DNA of 63,702 nucleotides, filler included, from Octopus bimaculoides (lineage: Eukaryota), in assembly GCF_001194135.2 (NCBI RefSeq). It is 6 parts of 5 records of this genome, joined end to end, with 100 filler letters (N's around TTAATTAATTAA, not from the genome) between each part and the next. Parts side by side here need not be neighbours in the genome. Positions count along the whole stretch, not along the records: positions 48,808 to 55,280 come from NC_068987.1; positions 55,381 to 61,773 come from NC_068982.1; positions 61,874 to 63,702 come from NW_026307150.1; 3 more parts are not named here. One strand, written 5' to 3'. Positions 51,775 to 63,702 of this stretch are shown one piece after another; position 1 is the first letter of the stretch; the number at the start of each line of letters is the position of its first letter. A program made the position numbers and the translations under genes. The notes below the pieces were generated by a model that was given only the letters and a program-made list of their open reading frames with translations, did not search any database and had not been told where the DNA came from.

Positions 51775-53060
51775 TACCTAAAACGAAAACAAGGCGGCAG
51801 AGGCTTCACATCGATCCAAAATGCCTTTGAATGTCACATCATATCCCTTCGGCAACATCTTTTAACAACCAAGTGTCGAAGTGCATGCTTTGACCAAGTT
51901 TGCATACATGAGGCTGATAACATCATGAGACTTGGAAGGCAACTTCTTGAGCAACACTCTTTGTCTGATAACCTAGAATACATGCCCAAAGAAGTCGTAC
52001 GATTCTACTGCAACGTATCATCAGATGAAAGAATGAACCTATACGAGCAGAAAACTATGCATGGATATGTTATTAGAAAGCTCCGAGACGATAGTAACAT
52101 TGATCATCAAAGCAGTTTATCACGGACCAATGGCCGGATTACTACCTCCCACTTTGAAAGGCATGCGTTTGCAATCCAGGAAAAGAAATATCAACCAAGT
52201 ACCTGGTGCACAAGAGCGATAGAGATGCAGAAAAAGCCGATGCAGACTTTGTGAAGTTCACGCTGAAGATATCAGCCACCTCATAAACAGTTGTCTGAAA
52301 ATGTCATCACGGAACCGATGAGACATAACGTTGTAGCTAGGACACTAGAATGAAATTCGTCGGAAGGATAATCCCGGGTACAAAGAAATAAGAACCTACA
52401 ATATGGTAGAAGCCATAGCCACTAATAATAAAAAGGAGTACTGGTGGAATGTGCCAGTGAAGACCTCAATAAAATGTAAGCACAACAGACCTGATATAAT
52501 GATTTGGGATAGAGAAGAGAAACTGCACAGTTGTGGAAATTAGCTGCCCAGCGGATGTTAACATAAAGCTGAAGATTAGTGAAAAAGAGAACACCTATGC
52601 TGAACTATTGAGAAATATGCAGTTACTCTATCCAGATTAAAAGTTCAGGTTTATACCTGTAATTATTGGGGCTCTGGGATATGTAACACACTGCCTAAAT
52701 ACCAATCTTGAGAAATTAGGCTTCTCAAAACTAGAAAGGAGTAAGCTAATTAGAAGACTACAGATCCAATCCATCACTAGAACTGTAAAAATCTGTAAAA
52801 CTTTCCAAAAGTTTATCATTTAAGTATATCTGAGCATGTCTAGATATGCAACTATATGCATGCGAATACATACATAAAATATACAAATCTGCACATACAT
52901 ACATACATACATACATACATACATACATACATAGAAACAAACAAAAATACCCTGTTGTTGATGTTGAAATTCCAATGAAGGAGCCTTGGATCTAGGGTTA
53001 GAAACCGGTTCTTTTCTATTGGCAAGAAATCTTGAAATAAACTGAATAATGACGTTCATA
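51775..53060 (+). mobile_element. R4/Dong-type RLE non-LTR retrotransposon, 3' third plus UTR
   Basis: LKRKQGGRG, CRLCEVHAEDISHLINSC (C-x2-C-x8-H-x4-C), RHNVVAR, KHNRPDIMIWD (PD nuclease), VEISCP..EKENTY and IPVIIGALG; stop at 52821-52823; frameshifted. Confidence 0.9.
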
Positions 53061-54108
53061 AAGAATACATAAGGAATGCTAACTGAGCATTCTGATAAAA
53101 TAATAAACTAGTGAAAGTGGACGAAAGTTATCTAAAATTGGGGATAAAGAGAACACATATAGTGAACTAATGAACTTACTGTTCTTGTATCTGGGCTTCA
53201 GGTTTTCGTTTGTACTTATTATAATTGATGTAAGAACAGATTTGCATAAAAGCTTGGAATTGCTGAGATTTTCCCAGATAGAATGAAATACATCGACCGA
53301 AAAAAGATTAAAAATATTTTCCATTTGAGTTCCTGGGATAAAAAAAATGCACATAATCGTGTACGCCCATGTCATGCACACACATAAATAAAAGAATAAT
53401 CAAACACTACTTTGATGCGTTAAAGGGACAATGGTTCAAATATATGTAGATATGCACTTATCTACCTACCTACCTGCGTGCAATAAAAAAAAACCCTGTA
53501 ACTCGAAACGACGCAACTTGAGTTATATCTGTATATATATGAACTGTCTGCATGTCATGAAGAGCTGAAAATTACTTTTCTATGTTAATAAAATAATCAA
53601 CATTTACGTTTCTAGTATTCCAGGACTCAGCGATTATCCGGAAGTTATATTAGGGGAAAAGGTTTATATTTGAGGATATTACATTAGTCAGATGTTCCAT
53701 TTACTGTCAGAAATATTTAAAACCTATAATGTATTGCTTTCGCTAAAACCGTGTAACATGAAGACAAAAATAGACAGTGAATTTTAGTATATATATATAT
53801 ATACATATATNNNNNNNNNNNNNNNNNNNNNNNNNNNNNNNNNNNNNNNNNNNNNNNNNNNNNNNNNNNNNNNNNNNNNNNNNNNNNNNNNNNNNNNNNN
53901 NNNNNNNNNNNNNNNNNNNNNNNNNNNNNNNNNNNNNNNNNNNNNNNNNNNNNNNNNNNNNNNNNNNNNNNNNNNNNNNNNNNNNNNNNNNNNNNNNNNN
54001 NNNNNNNNNNNNNNNNNNNNNNNNNNNNNNNNNNNNNNNNNNNNNNNNNNNNNNNNNNNNNNNNNNNNNNNNNNNAATGGAATCCACAGACATTATTTTA
54101 TTGTTTTG

Positions 54109-55261
54109 TCAACGCCTGTTTTCAAACTGACGTCTGTTCTGGTCCAGGCACTGCTGACAACACAAAGCAATGGAATCACAAACTTCACGAAAAAATTCGT
54201 TTGGTATTTGTGTGCATTCTCGTTCATTGGCTGCTCTCAAATCAGCGACTGTTGCAGGTTTCATAGCGTCGACTTTGTCTTTTAGGTATCCCCATAAAAA
54301 TGTCTAGTGGTGTGAGGTCTAGTGAACGCAGAGGGTATTCAACGAAACCCCTTCGTCCTATCCACCTGCTTGGCAAGATCTCATCAAGGAAGGATCTAAC
54401 ATCGCGATAGTAGTGTGGGGGAGCCCCATCTTGCTGAAAAGAAAACTCCTCATCTTCAAAGTCTTCTCTAATGCTTTGCATGACAGACTGTTGCAGCAAG
54501 TTCAAGTAAACGGGACCAGTCACAGTAGCACCAAAAAAAGAATGGTCCAATTAATACTCTTGAGGATAAGTACCACCACACTGTAACTCCTGGTAAATTA
54601 ACATGGTATTCCACCATAACATGCGGATTCTCAGATCCCCAGTAGGTGCAATAGTGGCGGTTAATTGAAACATTTAATTTGAATGTGACTTCATCATTCC
54701 ACACAATCTTTGTTGGAAAGTGTGCATCTTCTACACATTGTGCCAAGCACCACTCGCAATACTGCACTCTTCGGTCTGGATCATTGTCGTTAATAGCATG
54801 GGCTAATCTTGGAACGTAACTTTTCCATTGACAACGCTTCAAAATGCGTTGGACAGATGATTTTGAAATACCTACCCAACGACTCGTTTGCCGCACAGAT
54901 TTTCTGGGACTTAGGTGATACGTTTCTAGCACTCCTTCATACTTTGTAGAGGTTGTCGATGTTCGTGGTCTTCCAGAACGCTTCTCATGGACATTCTAAA
55001 CAGTTCCATCGGCTTCAAACTTATCTCTAATTCGAGTGATGGGAAGTCGCGTTGGTGGATCTGTTTGAAACTCCCCACTAAACTGTCTTTACACTTCAAC
55101 TGCGTTTTCACACTTCCAGTAGCATTTTAGAACGAATTTCCTTTGTTCAAAGCTTAGTCTGACTGGCCTCATTAATTCCAATGCGTTTCATCTGGAAAGA
55201 AAAAAACATCAATTGAGTTATCAGCTGTTAAAGTGTGTATACATTGTTTTGGGACACCTTG
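54109..55261 (-). mobile_element. rosa-type (DD41D) Tc1/mariner transposase pseudogene
   Basis: [36 protein letters not shown] (41 residues counted), TIR ttttgggacaccttg+TA at 55247-55263; the other TIR is probably in the gap; frameshifts present. Confidence 0.9.
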
Positions 55262-55929
55262 TATATTATATATATATATANNNNNNNNNNNNNNNNNNNN
55301 NNNNNNNNNNNNNNNNNNNNNNNNTTAATTAATTAANNNNNNNNNNNNNNNNNNNNNNNNNNNNNNNNNNNNNNNNNNNNCGAACATCTGTATAACAAGA
55401 ATCACGGCCCGGCATCGATGCCACAACATCACAACTAGTGATCAGCTCTGCCACACACAGCCTCAACTACTCTCACATACAGACTTTTCCAATTGTGTAC
55501 TAAAGAAGTGGTATAAATGCTCACGTGTTAATGACTTTTCCTATCTGCTGTAATAACTCACATACACACACATGTATCACTCACATACACACTTTTCTTT
55601 GTACGACGGCCTGTCTTTGATTATGTTCTTATATGTCGCATTCACACTCTCACATACACATACATCTTTTATGCCACAATAAATATTTCTGTTATTCTTA
55701 TCATACGGTTGCCTTCTATAGTCTTCATTGCTGGTATTTACGAATGCACTAATGTTATCGAAGTATAACATTATTTGTATATCATCATTGGTATATTATT
55801 TTGTGTTCGACCGTGTGACGCGTTTAAATAAAAGGAGTCCTCTGTTTTTCCATTCGTCACCATTTCTCCTTTTTGAGTTCGCACGGTCGTCCTTACACAT
55901 ATATATAAATATATAAATATATATATGTA

Positions 55930-56870
55930 TCAGGGTGAGTAAAAAATAGGCAACGTTTTGAAACATGAAATTCATCACAATATATTTCAATAATGCGGAA
56001 ATTTAATTGGTCAAAGTAAGTACCTTTACAATCAACACATTTTTGTCAACGAGTTACAAGTTTGTTTATTCCGGTAACATAAAAATCTGGAATCCTGGAG
56101 CTGATTAACTCTTTGAACGCGCTTTCAGCATCGGTTTGATTTTTGAACTCCTTCTCTCGTAGGAAATCATCAAGGTGCTTGAAAAAGTGATAGTCGATAG
56201 GAGAAATGTCTGGGGAATAAGTTAGGTGAGGAAGAACTTCGTTGCCAAGTCCCCCCAACTTCTGGAGCGTCATTAGTGAAACGTGTGGTCGAGCATTGTC
56301 ATGAAGAATGATTGGTCCTCTTCTGTTGACCAGTCTGAGACAGAGGAGTAGCAGTTATTCATTTTGGCAATTTCATGGCAATATGTTTCTACAATAATGG
56401 TTTTTCCGGGTTTTAAGAAGTTATAGTGGATGAGTCCAGCAGTACACCACAAAACAGTCACCATGACCTTCTTTTTGAAGAGCTCGTGTTTAGGGAAGGT
56501 TTTCGGTGCTTCATTTTGGTCCAACCAGTGCAAAGTACATTTTTTATTATCGTACAGAATCCACTTTTCATCGCAAGTTACAATACGGTCAAGAAATGGA
56601 TCAGTTTGGTTACGGAGAAGAAGCGACAAGCAAATTTCATATCTGCGCATTTTCTGATTTTTATTCAAATCGTGTAATACCCATTTGTCGAACGTTTTTG
56701 ATTTTCTGATCGCGTGCAAATGGTTGCAGGCAGTTTTCTGGTTAACTTGAACTTCTTTTGCCAGTTCTCGAGTGGTTTTACGTGGATCTTTCTTAATGAC
56801 GGTCTTTAATTGACCACCATCGATGATAGATGGGCGTCTACTATGCTCACGATCTTCAATGGCTAGAGTA
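55930..56870 (-). mobile_element. mariner (DD34D) transposase pseudogene, 5'-truncated
   Basis: KWVLHDL, IVTCDEKWILY, HD-NARPH..YSPDISPI-D (34 residues counted); one frameshift and a premature TGA; TA-tcagggtgag terminus. Confidence 0.92.
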
Positions 56871-57369
56871 GAAGGGAAATTAGTCAAGGCGTTAGAAGAG
56901 GCGCTGAGAGTGGGCTCTGCACCCCAAGTTTTGATGGTCAAAAGCGAATTGAAGGGGGGAAAAGGAAAAACAAAATTATTGAAAAAAAAAAAAATGAAAC
57001 CGGCGGGTTAAGTAAAACCCCAAAAGTCTATTTTTCATACATAAAGATTTATAATCATTTCATTTTTAACTCCATTCGATTTCATGATCCGATTTCATTA
57101 TATCATTATAAGACTATTTTATAAGTAGCTAATGACTCGTTTGAGGGCATACCACNNNNNNNNNNNNNNNNNNNNNNNNNNNNNNNNNNNNNNNNNNNNN
57201 NNNNNNNNNNNNNNNNNNNNNNNNNNNNNNNNNNNNNNNNNNNNNNNNNNNNNNNNNNNNNNNNNNNNNNNNNNNNNNNNNNNNNNNNNNNNNNNNNNNN
57301 NNNNNNNNNNNNNNNNNNNNNNNNNNNNNNNNNNNNNNNNNNNNNNNNNNNNNNNNNNNNNNNNNNNNN

Positions 57370-60177
57370 GAGGGCAACCGCCAATAACGAAAAGGCGGAA
57401 GAAAAAGAAAAAAAGGAACCAGTAAAGGCCATAGAGACACCGTCTGAATAAATCATGGATTTTCATACGGTGACTCGTAAAAGAACGAAAAAAACAGACG
57501 GGGCCGCCAACCAAGTCACAAGCGGCGACTCCGAAAAAAAAGCAAGCAAAAAAGACCTTTAAAAAAGTTGGACCAGTCACTAGAGATATCAAGTGACAAA
57601 AACAAAGAAACAGAAAAAAGGGTGGGGGGGGAATACAAAATGTAAAAGCTGGAAGAAGAGGACAAACCAGAAGCAGTAATGGTGGTGTATAAAAGCACCA
57701 AATGTTATTTGGAAGGGGTGATTAAGCCCCCATCTACAATAAAAAATATTCTACAACGACGACAAGGAAAAACCCCAACTCGATCGGGAAAATTCCGTAT
57801 AAACTATATACAGGAGTAAAAACAAGTCAGTCTACAGACATTATAGAGCTTAAAGCGCTCCCAAAAATATTTAACCCACCGGCTGAGCCAAGCCTGGAAG
57901 AGAAGAAGGGGGAGGCGGAACAGATCCAGTGGTACTGAGATCAATCCCCCTCAACAGATGAAAAGGGCAGGTAAGTGCAATTTTCCTTTTCCGTTTTTGA
58001 TATGGCTGCACTCAGTATAGGTTGTCTGAATGTGCGTGGCCTGAGCTTGAAGTGGAAGCAAGCTTCTTCCTCAACGACCTCAGGTCACATAGAATAGATG
58101 TAATGGTGGCTACAGAGACCAAGTTGGACAAGCTGCAGGCCTTCTCGACCCTCTTGAATGTTTATGAGAAAATCATGTCTCCTTGTCAGACCGGAGGGAG
58201 GGGAGACGTTGTAGTTTTGCTCCGAAAAAACTTGGTTCTGCAGATATGTGCGATCTTTGTGGACCCAGAAGGTGAGTTGGTCGTTCTGGATCTAGCATTC
58301 AGGGATAAAACCTTCAGGTTGATTGGCATTTGCGCACCTAGCACGGTAGGCAAACGGAATGATTTCTATCGACGCCTGGAGAATCTTCTTGTAACGTCAA
58401 AGACACTAGTCATGCTAGGAGACTTTAACACTATTCTAGATGAACGCCAGGATAGCGTGGGCTCGAACAATAGGAAAAGTGACTCACGCCTCGTCGACAT
58501 GCTGAAGCGATTTAGGCTGGCAGATCGATACAGACTTGATTATCCGAGCGTTCCAATGTGGACTTGGAGTAACAACGATGGATCAATCAGGTCTTACTTA
58601 GGTAGGATTATAGTTAATTCTAGAGATAAGTCTAGTTTTAGCTGTCCACAATTTACCTATGACTCCTATAGGGATCCCAAATTAGTGACGTGTGACTGGT
58701 CCAACTTTTTTAAAGGTCTTTTTTGCTTGCTTTATTTTCGGAGTCGCCGCTTGTGACTTGGTTGGCGGCCCCGTCTGTTTTTTTCGTTCTTTTACGAGTC
58801 ACCGTATGAAAATCCATGATTTATTCAGACGGTGTCTCTATGGCCTTTACTGGTTCCTTTTTTTCTTTTTCTTCCGCCTTTTCGTTATTGGCGGTTGCCC
58901 TCTGGGTAATGGCCTACTTGTCCGAGGGCGCCGCCTCATTTTTTCCATCTTTAGGTGTTTTTTCCCCCCTCGGTCTCCTCCTGGGGAGGCGAGCACTTGG
59001 ACCTCAGGTATCCCTTCTCTGTGTAAGCTAGTTGCTGACTCATTACTTTCTCCTGTCGATCTTTCTGTTGTAAATAGCACGGAGTCGTCGATAAAGTGGT
59101 ACAGCTAAATTTCACTGGCGTTGATCAGGTCATCTCTAAAGACTGAGAATAGCAGAGGTGGTGCAAGTATTAAGCTTTGTCGGATTGATGCATTGGTGAT
59201 TGATGAACGAGTGATACTGAGGGATGATATATTTAAGAGGCTTCGAAGTCACAACAGCTACTTCCTATCATACTCCCTTGCATTCCAGCTTGGTGTAAAG
59301 TTCATCCCATCAAGCTTTGGCCAAAGATCCTTGCGCTATGCATCAAGGGAGTTCTTCTATTTCTGGGTAAGGGTATTCAGAAGATCTACTGTGCCATGGT
59401 TTGGTCGGAAGAAATCGAATTACTTTTAAGAGATGATTTGAATATTATATTATGAATGTGTCGCGCCTCCTTCCTTTAAACGGGAAGGAAGAGCTATTTT
59501 CATCGTACTTGTGGCTATGGCGAAAGAATGTGTATGGTGAACGCGTCTGAAAGGTCTAGAGACTTTCCTCTCTGGGCAATCTCTCATCAACTTCTTCAAG
59601 TATCACCTGAAGAGGAAAGTGAGAGTAGAAAGGGAAGTCTTGTCTNNNNNNNNNNGCAATCTCTCATCAACTTCTTCAAGTATCACCTGAAGAGGAAAGT
59701 GAGAGTAGAAAGGGAAGTCTTGTCTAGTGAATGCTTCAAAAAAAGATGGGTGAATGTAGCAAGGATGGCACGTGTGAATGACGGAGCCACCTTGAGCATA
59801 ACACTATAAAGGAGTAAAAAAATCCAGAAAAAAAACAAAAAGGCAAAAGAGAGTCACTGTTATAGTTTCTTCAATAACAATGACAATATTGACCAAGGTT
59901 ACCGTGGTCTTTTCCGTGGGCTTTTCTTTCCACGGCTAAACCTAAACTGTCCTCCCCTCTTTTTACACGAGAACATTACTGTGATACACGATCCCTATTG
60001 ATCACTTTTTTTTTCTCGATCCCTTTTGATCGAACTCCCCCCTTTTCCCCCTTCCTACGATCCCTTTTGATCGACACACCCCTGCTTTTTTTTTCTTCCT
60101 TTCCCCTTCCAAAAAGAAAAGCTCTACATTGTATTTGTCCCATCTTTGTTGAGCCCTGTGTGGCTAATAAAAGAAAT
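57370..60177 (+). mobile_element. Rearranged Tx1/L1-clade LINE (ORF1 end, APE endonuclease 58002-58690, ORF2 C-terminus 59440-59809, 3' UTR with AATAAA at 60166-60171)
   Basis: MAALSIGCLNVRGL, VATET, LGDFN, TWSN..RSYL and FLSGQSLINFFKYHLKRK..RW; the RT region is absent. Confidence 0.85.
59075..59400 (-). mobile_element. CR1/L2/Jockey-type RT fragment embedded in the Tx1 element
   Basis: LWPKL..IRQSLILAPPLLFSVFRDDL..LYHFIDDSVLF resembles PQGS.L.P.LF...YADD. Confidence 0.55.
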
Positions 60178-60178
60178 G

Positions 60179-60210
<32 letters not shown>

Positions 60211-60424
60211 CCTCCCTCCATCTATTTATAGATTGATAGATAAATATACCCTTTGTGGGTTAACAAGGCTACCATAGGTTTCATACTGAGAGAAATCTCT
60301 CAACAATTATCCAAGGCAACCACATGGAAGGTTGGTACTTGTAGCCTTGTTAGCACACAAATAAAGACTATTTATTTAGCAATGCAATGTTGAGCACTCA
60401 TTCTCACTGTTCGATATTAACGTG

Positions 60425-60501
<77 letters not shown>

Positions 60502-61357
60502 ATATCGAAAATCTCACAACTTTAAGACAACTGGCGTTCACTCCACTAAAAACCAAAAACCTCGTCGAAATTATATGCAGTTTCTAGTTATGAATAAACA
60601 AACAAATAAATAAATAAATATTCTTATGATATATATTCCTTGCCACAGGTACGTATGACAAAAACCACAGCACATGAATACGCTACGTCCCCCCCCACCT
60701 CTTCACACTTCTATAATTTCAGTTTTATATTCTGACCCCTAACACACGACTTGGCCTCATGCAGCCGTCTTGGGAGGTTGACATGTCGATTGTCAGCTAA
60801 CACAGTCAATAAAGTTGACATCAAACTTGTGTCACCTCAACTCTATGTACAAACTCTGACGTGGTGGTGCATTCATTCATTCATACACACACTTCTCAAT
60901 GAATGCTATGGAGAGAGGATTTGTAGAAGGTGGAATTGAGAAATACTAGAGAGAAGAAGAAGCAGAGAGTGGGAGAGCAAAAAAAAGAAAAAGAAAAAGG
61001 GGGCGTGACTAATAATGTAATATAATCACTCCACCTACTTTCACAATTTACTACCAGCCCTTGTACATCCTACATCCGATCCATTGTTATAAAGATTCGC
61101 TGCTGGGCGTGGAAATGGATAAGGATGAAAGGATGAAATGCGCTGCAAATACACACAGATGCACGCATTCACTCCTCCCACCAACACACACACATTTACG
61201 TGTACGCAGGTTCAGTAACGCCTATTTAATGTTAGAAATAAAGGACTTAATTGTATTTTAAATGGTAATGACGTTAGTTAAATCTTAAAACATTGCAAAA
61301 CATTGTCTCTCTTTTCCTCTTTCCATTGTGTTTTCTTTGTTTCTTTGTTTCTTTGTT

Positions 61358-61395
<38 letters not shown>

Positions 61396-61552
61396 CGTCT
61401 GTCTTGTTATTCATATTTATATTTTAAAATAAGTATTGATATGTGTATTTTAAAGACAGTACGTTACGGTTTTCTGATGACAGGATGTAAGCCTACATAC
61501 TTACATATATTTGTACGAGAAAGACACGAAAATAGACAGGCAGTCTGAGGGG

Positions 61553-61583
<31 letters not shown>

Positions 61584-61720
61584 GTGAGTTGGTAGGTAGA
61601 TAGGTAGATAGGTAGATAGATATATAGATGGATAGATAGCTAGCTAGATAGATAGATAGTTAAGTGAGTTGGTAGGTAGGTAGACTGATAGATGGATGGA
61701 TAGATAGACAGAGGTTAGAT
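61553..61720. repeat. (GATA)n/(GGTA)n compound microsatellite
   Basis: Direct reading. Confidence 0.9.
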
Positions 61721-61731
61721 ATATAAACAGA

Positions 61732-61773
<42 letters not shown>

Positions 61774-62326
61774 NNNNNNNNNNNNNNNNNNNNNNNNNNN
61801 NNNNNNNNNNNNNNNNNTTAATTAATTAANNNNNNNNNNNNNNNNNNNNNNNNNNNNNNNNNNNNNNNNNNNNGAGCGCAAAACATCCAGATAGATGATA
61901 CTATACACGCATACATACATAAATACACACATGCATACATACATATATACATATTTATAAGAAGTGTATAAAGTGAATTCCAAAAAATGAAAAAAGAATC
62001 ATGTAAAACAAAGCAGAATATACAACATAGCATAGGTTATTGCACCACTTAATATTGAGCTTTAATATTACTGAATCATTCTGTTCTAAACACTATGTTA
62101 TGTCTACATACAGCCAAGTACTATTTTCAGATTGTAATTTTGGAAAAATATATTCCAGCAACAAAAAATAGAGGAGTCAAAATGTTACAATCTATGTAAG
62201 CTGCTTCTCAGAAGTGGTGGATAGAGTTCCATAAAACGGAGGGCGATGATAAGTGAAATTAATAGAACATAATTTGCTCATACAATGTATACATGCATGT
62301 ACGTATGTATGTTATACATGTACGTC

Positions 62327-62370
<44 letters not shown>

Positions 62371-62680
62371 GGGGGGGGGTATACACATGTATGTGTGCTT
62401 ATGTTTGATTCTACACACGTATATACACCTATGTAAGTAAGTGCATTACATACACACGTATTTTCGTAGCTGTGTGCATGATTGTATACATACATACATA
62501 CATACATACATACATACATAATATATTTATACAAATGTCGCAATTATCCTGGTTAAAAATTTCACTACTTTAATTCACCTCTTTTCATTCTCGTTTTCAT
62601 CCTCTTCCTCTTTCTTTAATCTCTCTCTCTCTCTCTCTCTCTTTCTCTCCCTCTCTTTCTCTTTCTCTCTTTCTCTCTCT

Positions 62681-62717
<37 letters not shown>

Positions 62718-63064
62718 ATCTACCCGTGTCAGTCTGACATTATTCCCATAATTACTGACCAGAAACATTTCCATTCCTCTGTCGGTGCTAATGCAGACAA
62801 AATGGCAAAATATGTCCCACTAGTCATCGGTCACTGGTTCAAATCCGTTTAAAGTCTTCATTCCTGTTTCCACAATCGATAACATTTCCATAAATTTCAG
62901 TGATTTTATTGGGAAAATTCCTGGTATTACATCTATATTAGAAACAATTATTGTTCCTCTTGTTGGTGTTGTTGTCCAAGAAATTTCACATTTATATCTG
63001 CTCTGCAATGATTATCATTCTTCTTCAGAACCACGAAATACTTTAGCCTTGATCAGCTGCTGAC

Positions 63065-63200
63065 TCTCTGCATAGCTGAATAAGGCCCATGGTGAAGTAC
63101 TACTCCTCCTGGATATCATCTAGGATGTCTCTCTGCAAAGCTGAATAAGGCCCATGGTAAAGTACTGCTCCTGTCCTTGGATGTCGTCTCGGATGTCTCT
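63065..63200. repeat. 65-bp tandem duplication
   Basis: tctctgca.agctgaataaggcccatggt.aagtact.ctcc.. repeated at 63065 and 63130. Confidence 0.85.
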
Positions 63201-63644
63201 ATACTACTGCTACACAGATATTCGAGACGACATCCAAAAGAGAATCATCTAACAACAACGACCAAAGACTGACCCTTAACACAACGACCCATACGCATGC
63301 AGTTTTTTTCACTCATCCTGTTGTACCTTTACTACAACGGCCTGGGCATCTAAAAACTAGCCAGTAGTTGCATGCGACCTTCACCCGAGCCCAGACTATT
63401 TCTAGCAGTTCGAGCGACTACGCGACTGAATTCGTTGTTTAGGTCTTACTATTGTATTCTTTTACTTGTTTAAGTCAATGGGTACTTTTTGGTTGTCTCA
63501 TCTCCATTAAAAAATTGCCATTAAATTTTTAATGGGTTATCTCCTATTTAAAAATCGAGTTAATGTGGCGACAAGAGATTGGATTCAAAGAGTTAGATCC
63601 TTTTGATTCAATACTTCAACACATTGTTCACGTTTGGCCCCCAC

Positions 63645-63702
63645 GATAGGCATGGTGGCTGTGTGGTAAGTAGCTTGCTTACCAACCACATGGTTCTGGG
63701 TT
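63645..63702 (+). mobile_element. OR2-type SINE head cut by the window edge
   Basis: ggctgtgtggtaagtagcttgcttaccaaccacatggtt. Confidence 0.85.

Noticed and set aside
59576-59725. Exact 70-bp direct repeat
   Set aside because: The copies flank a 10-N gap, the signature of an unmerged contig overlap.
62760-63060. Short minus-strand ORF possibly belonging to a LINE N-terminus
   Set aside because: I found no diagnostic motif and could not support a call.

Overview
This is AT-rich eukaryotic DNA, very likely from an octopus; that assignment is an inference from the OR-type tRNA-derived SINE families and the microsatellite load. The window contains many N gaps, and five of them are 100-bp spacers carrying a TTAATTAATTAA linker. 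I recognise no host protein-coding gene, rRNA, true tRNA or CRISPR array. Most ORF-track entries are microsatellite or N-gap artefacts, or transposon debris. The window is a nested mobile-element graveyard. It holds four tRNA-SINE families, Gypsy fossils, a Penelope-like (RT end plus GIY-YIG) fossil, two R4/Dong-type RLE LINE fragments, RTE fragments, a rearranged Tx1/L1 element and a Helitron fossil. It also holds three Tc1/mariner lineages (DD34D, DD37D, DD41D), hAT and pogo MITEs, and several near-perfect foldback palindromes. The most interesting signal is a set of minimal type I hammerhead-ribozyme motifs in short non-coding, Penelope-like units. These are a canonical-core pair arranged back to back in a ~172-bp inverted repeat (38537-39030), a CUGUUGA core variant inserted into SINE microsatellites (27603-27639, with a decayed copy at 24847-24882), and a remnant inside a foldback element (50220-50764). 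A possible HDV-like nested pseudoknot lies at 63340-63421. All family calls come from manual motif reading, not database searches.
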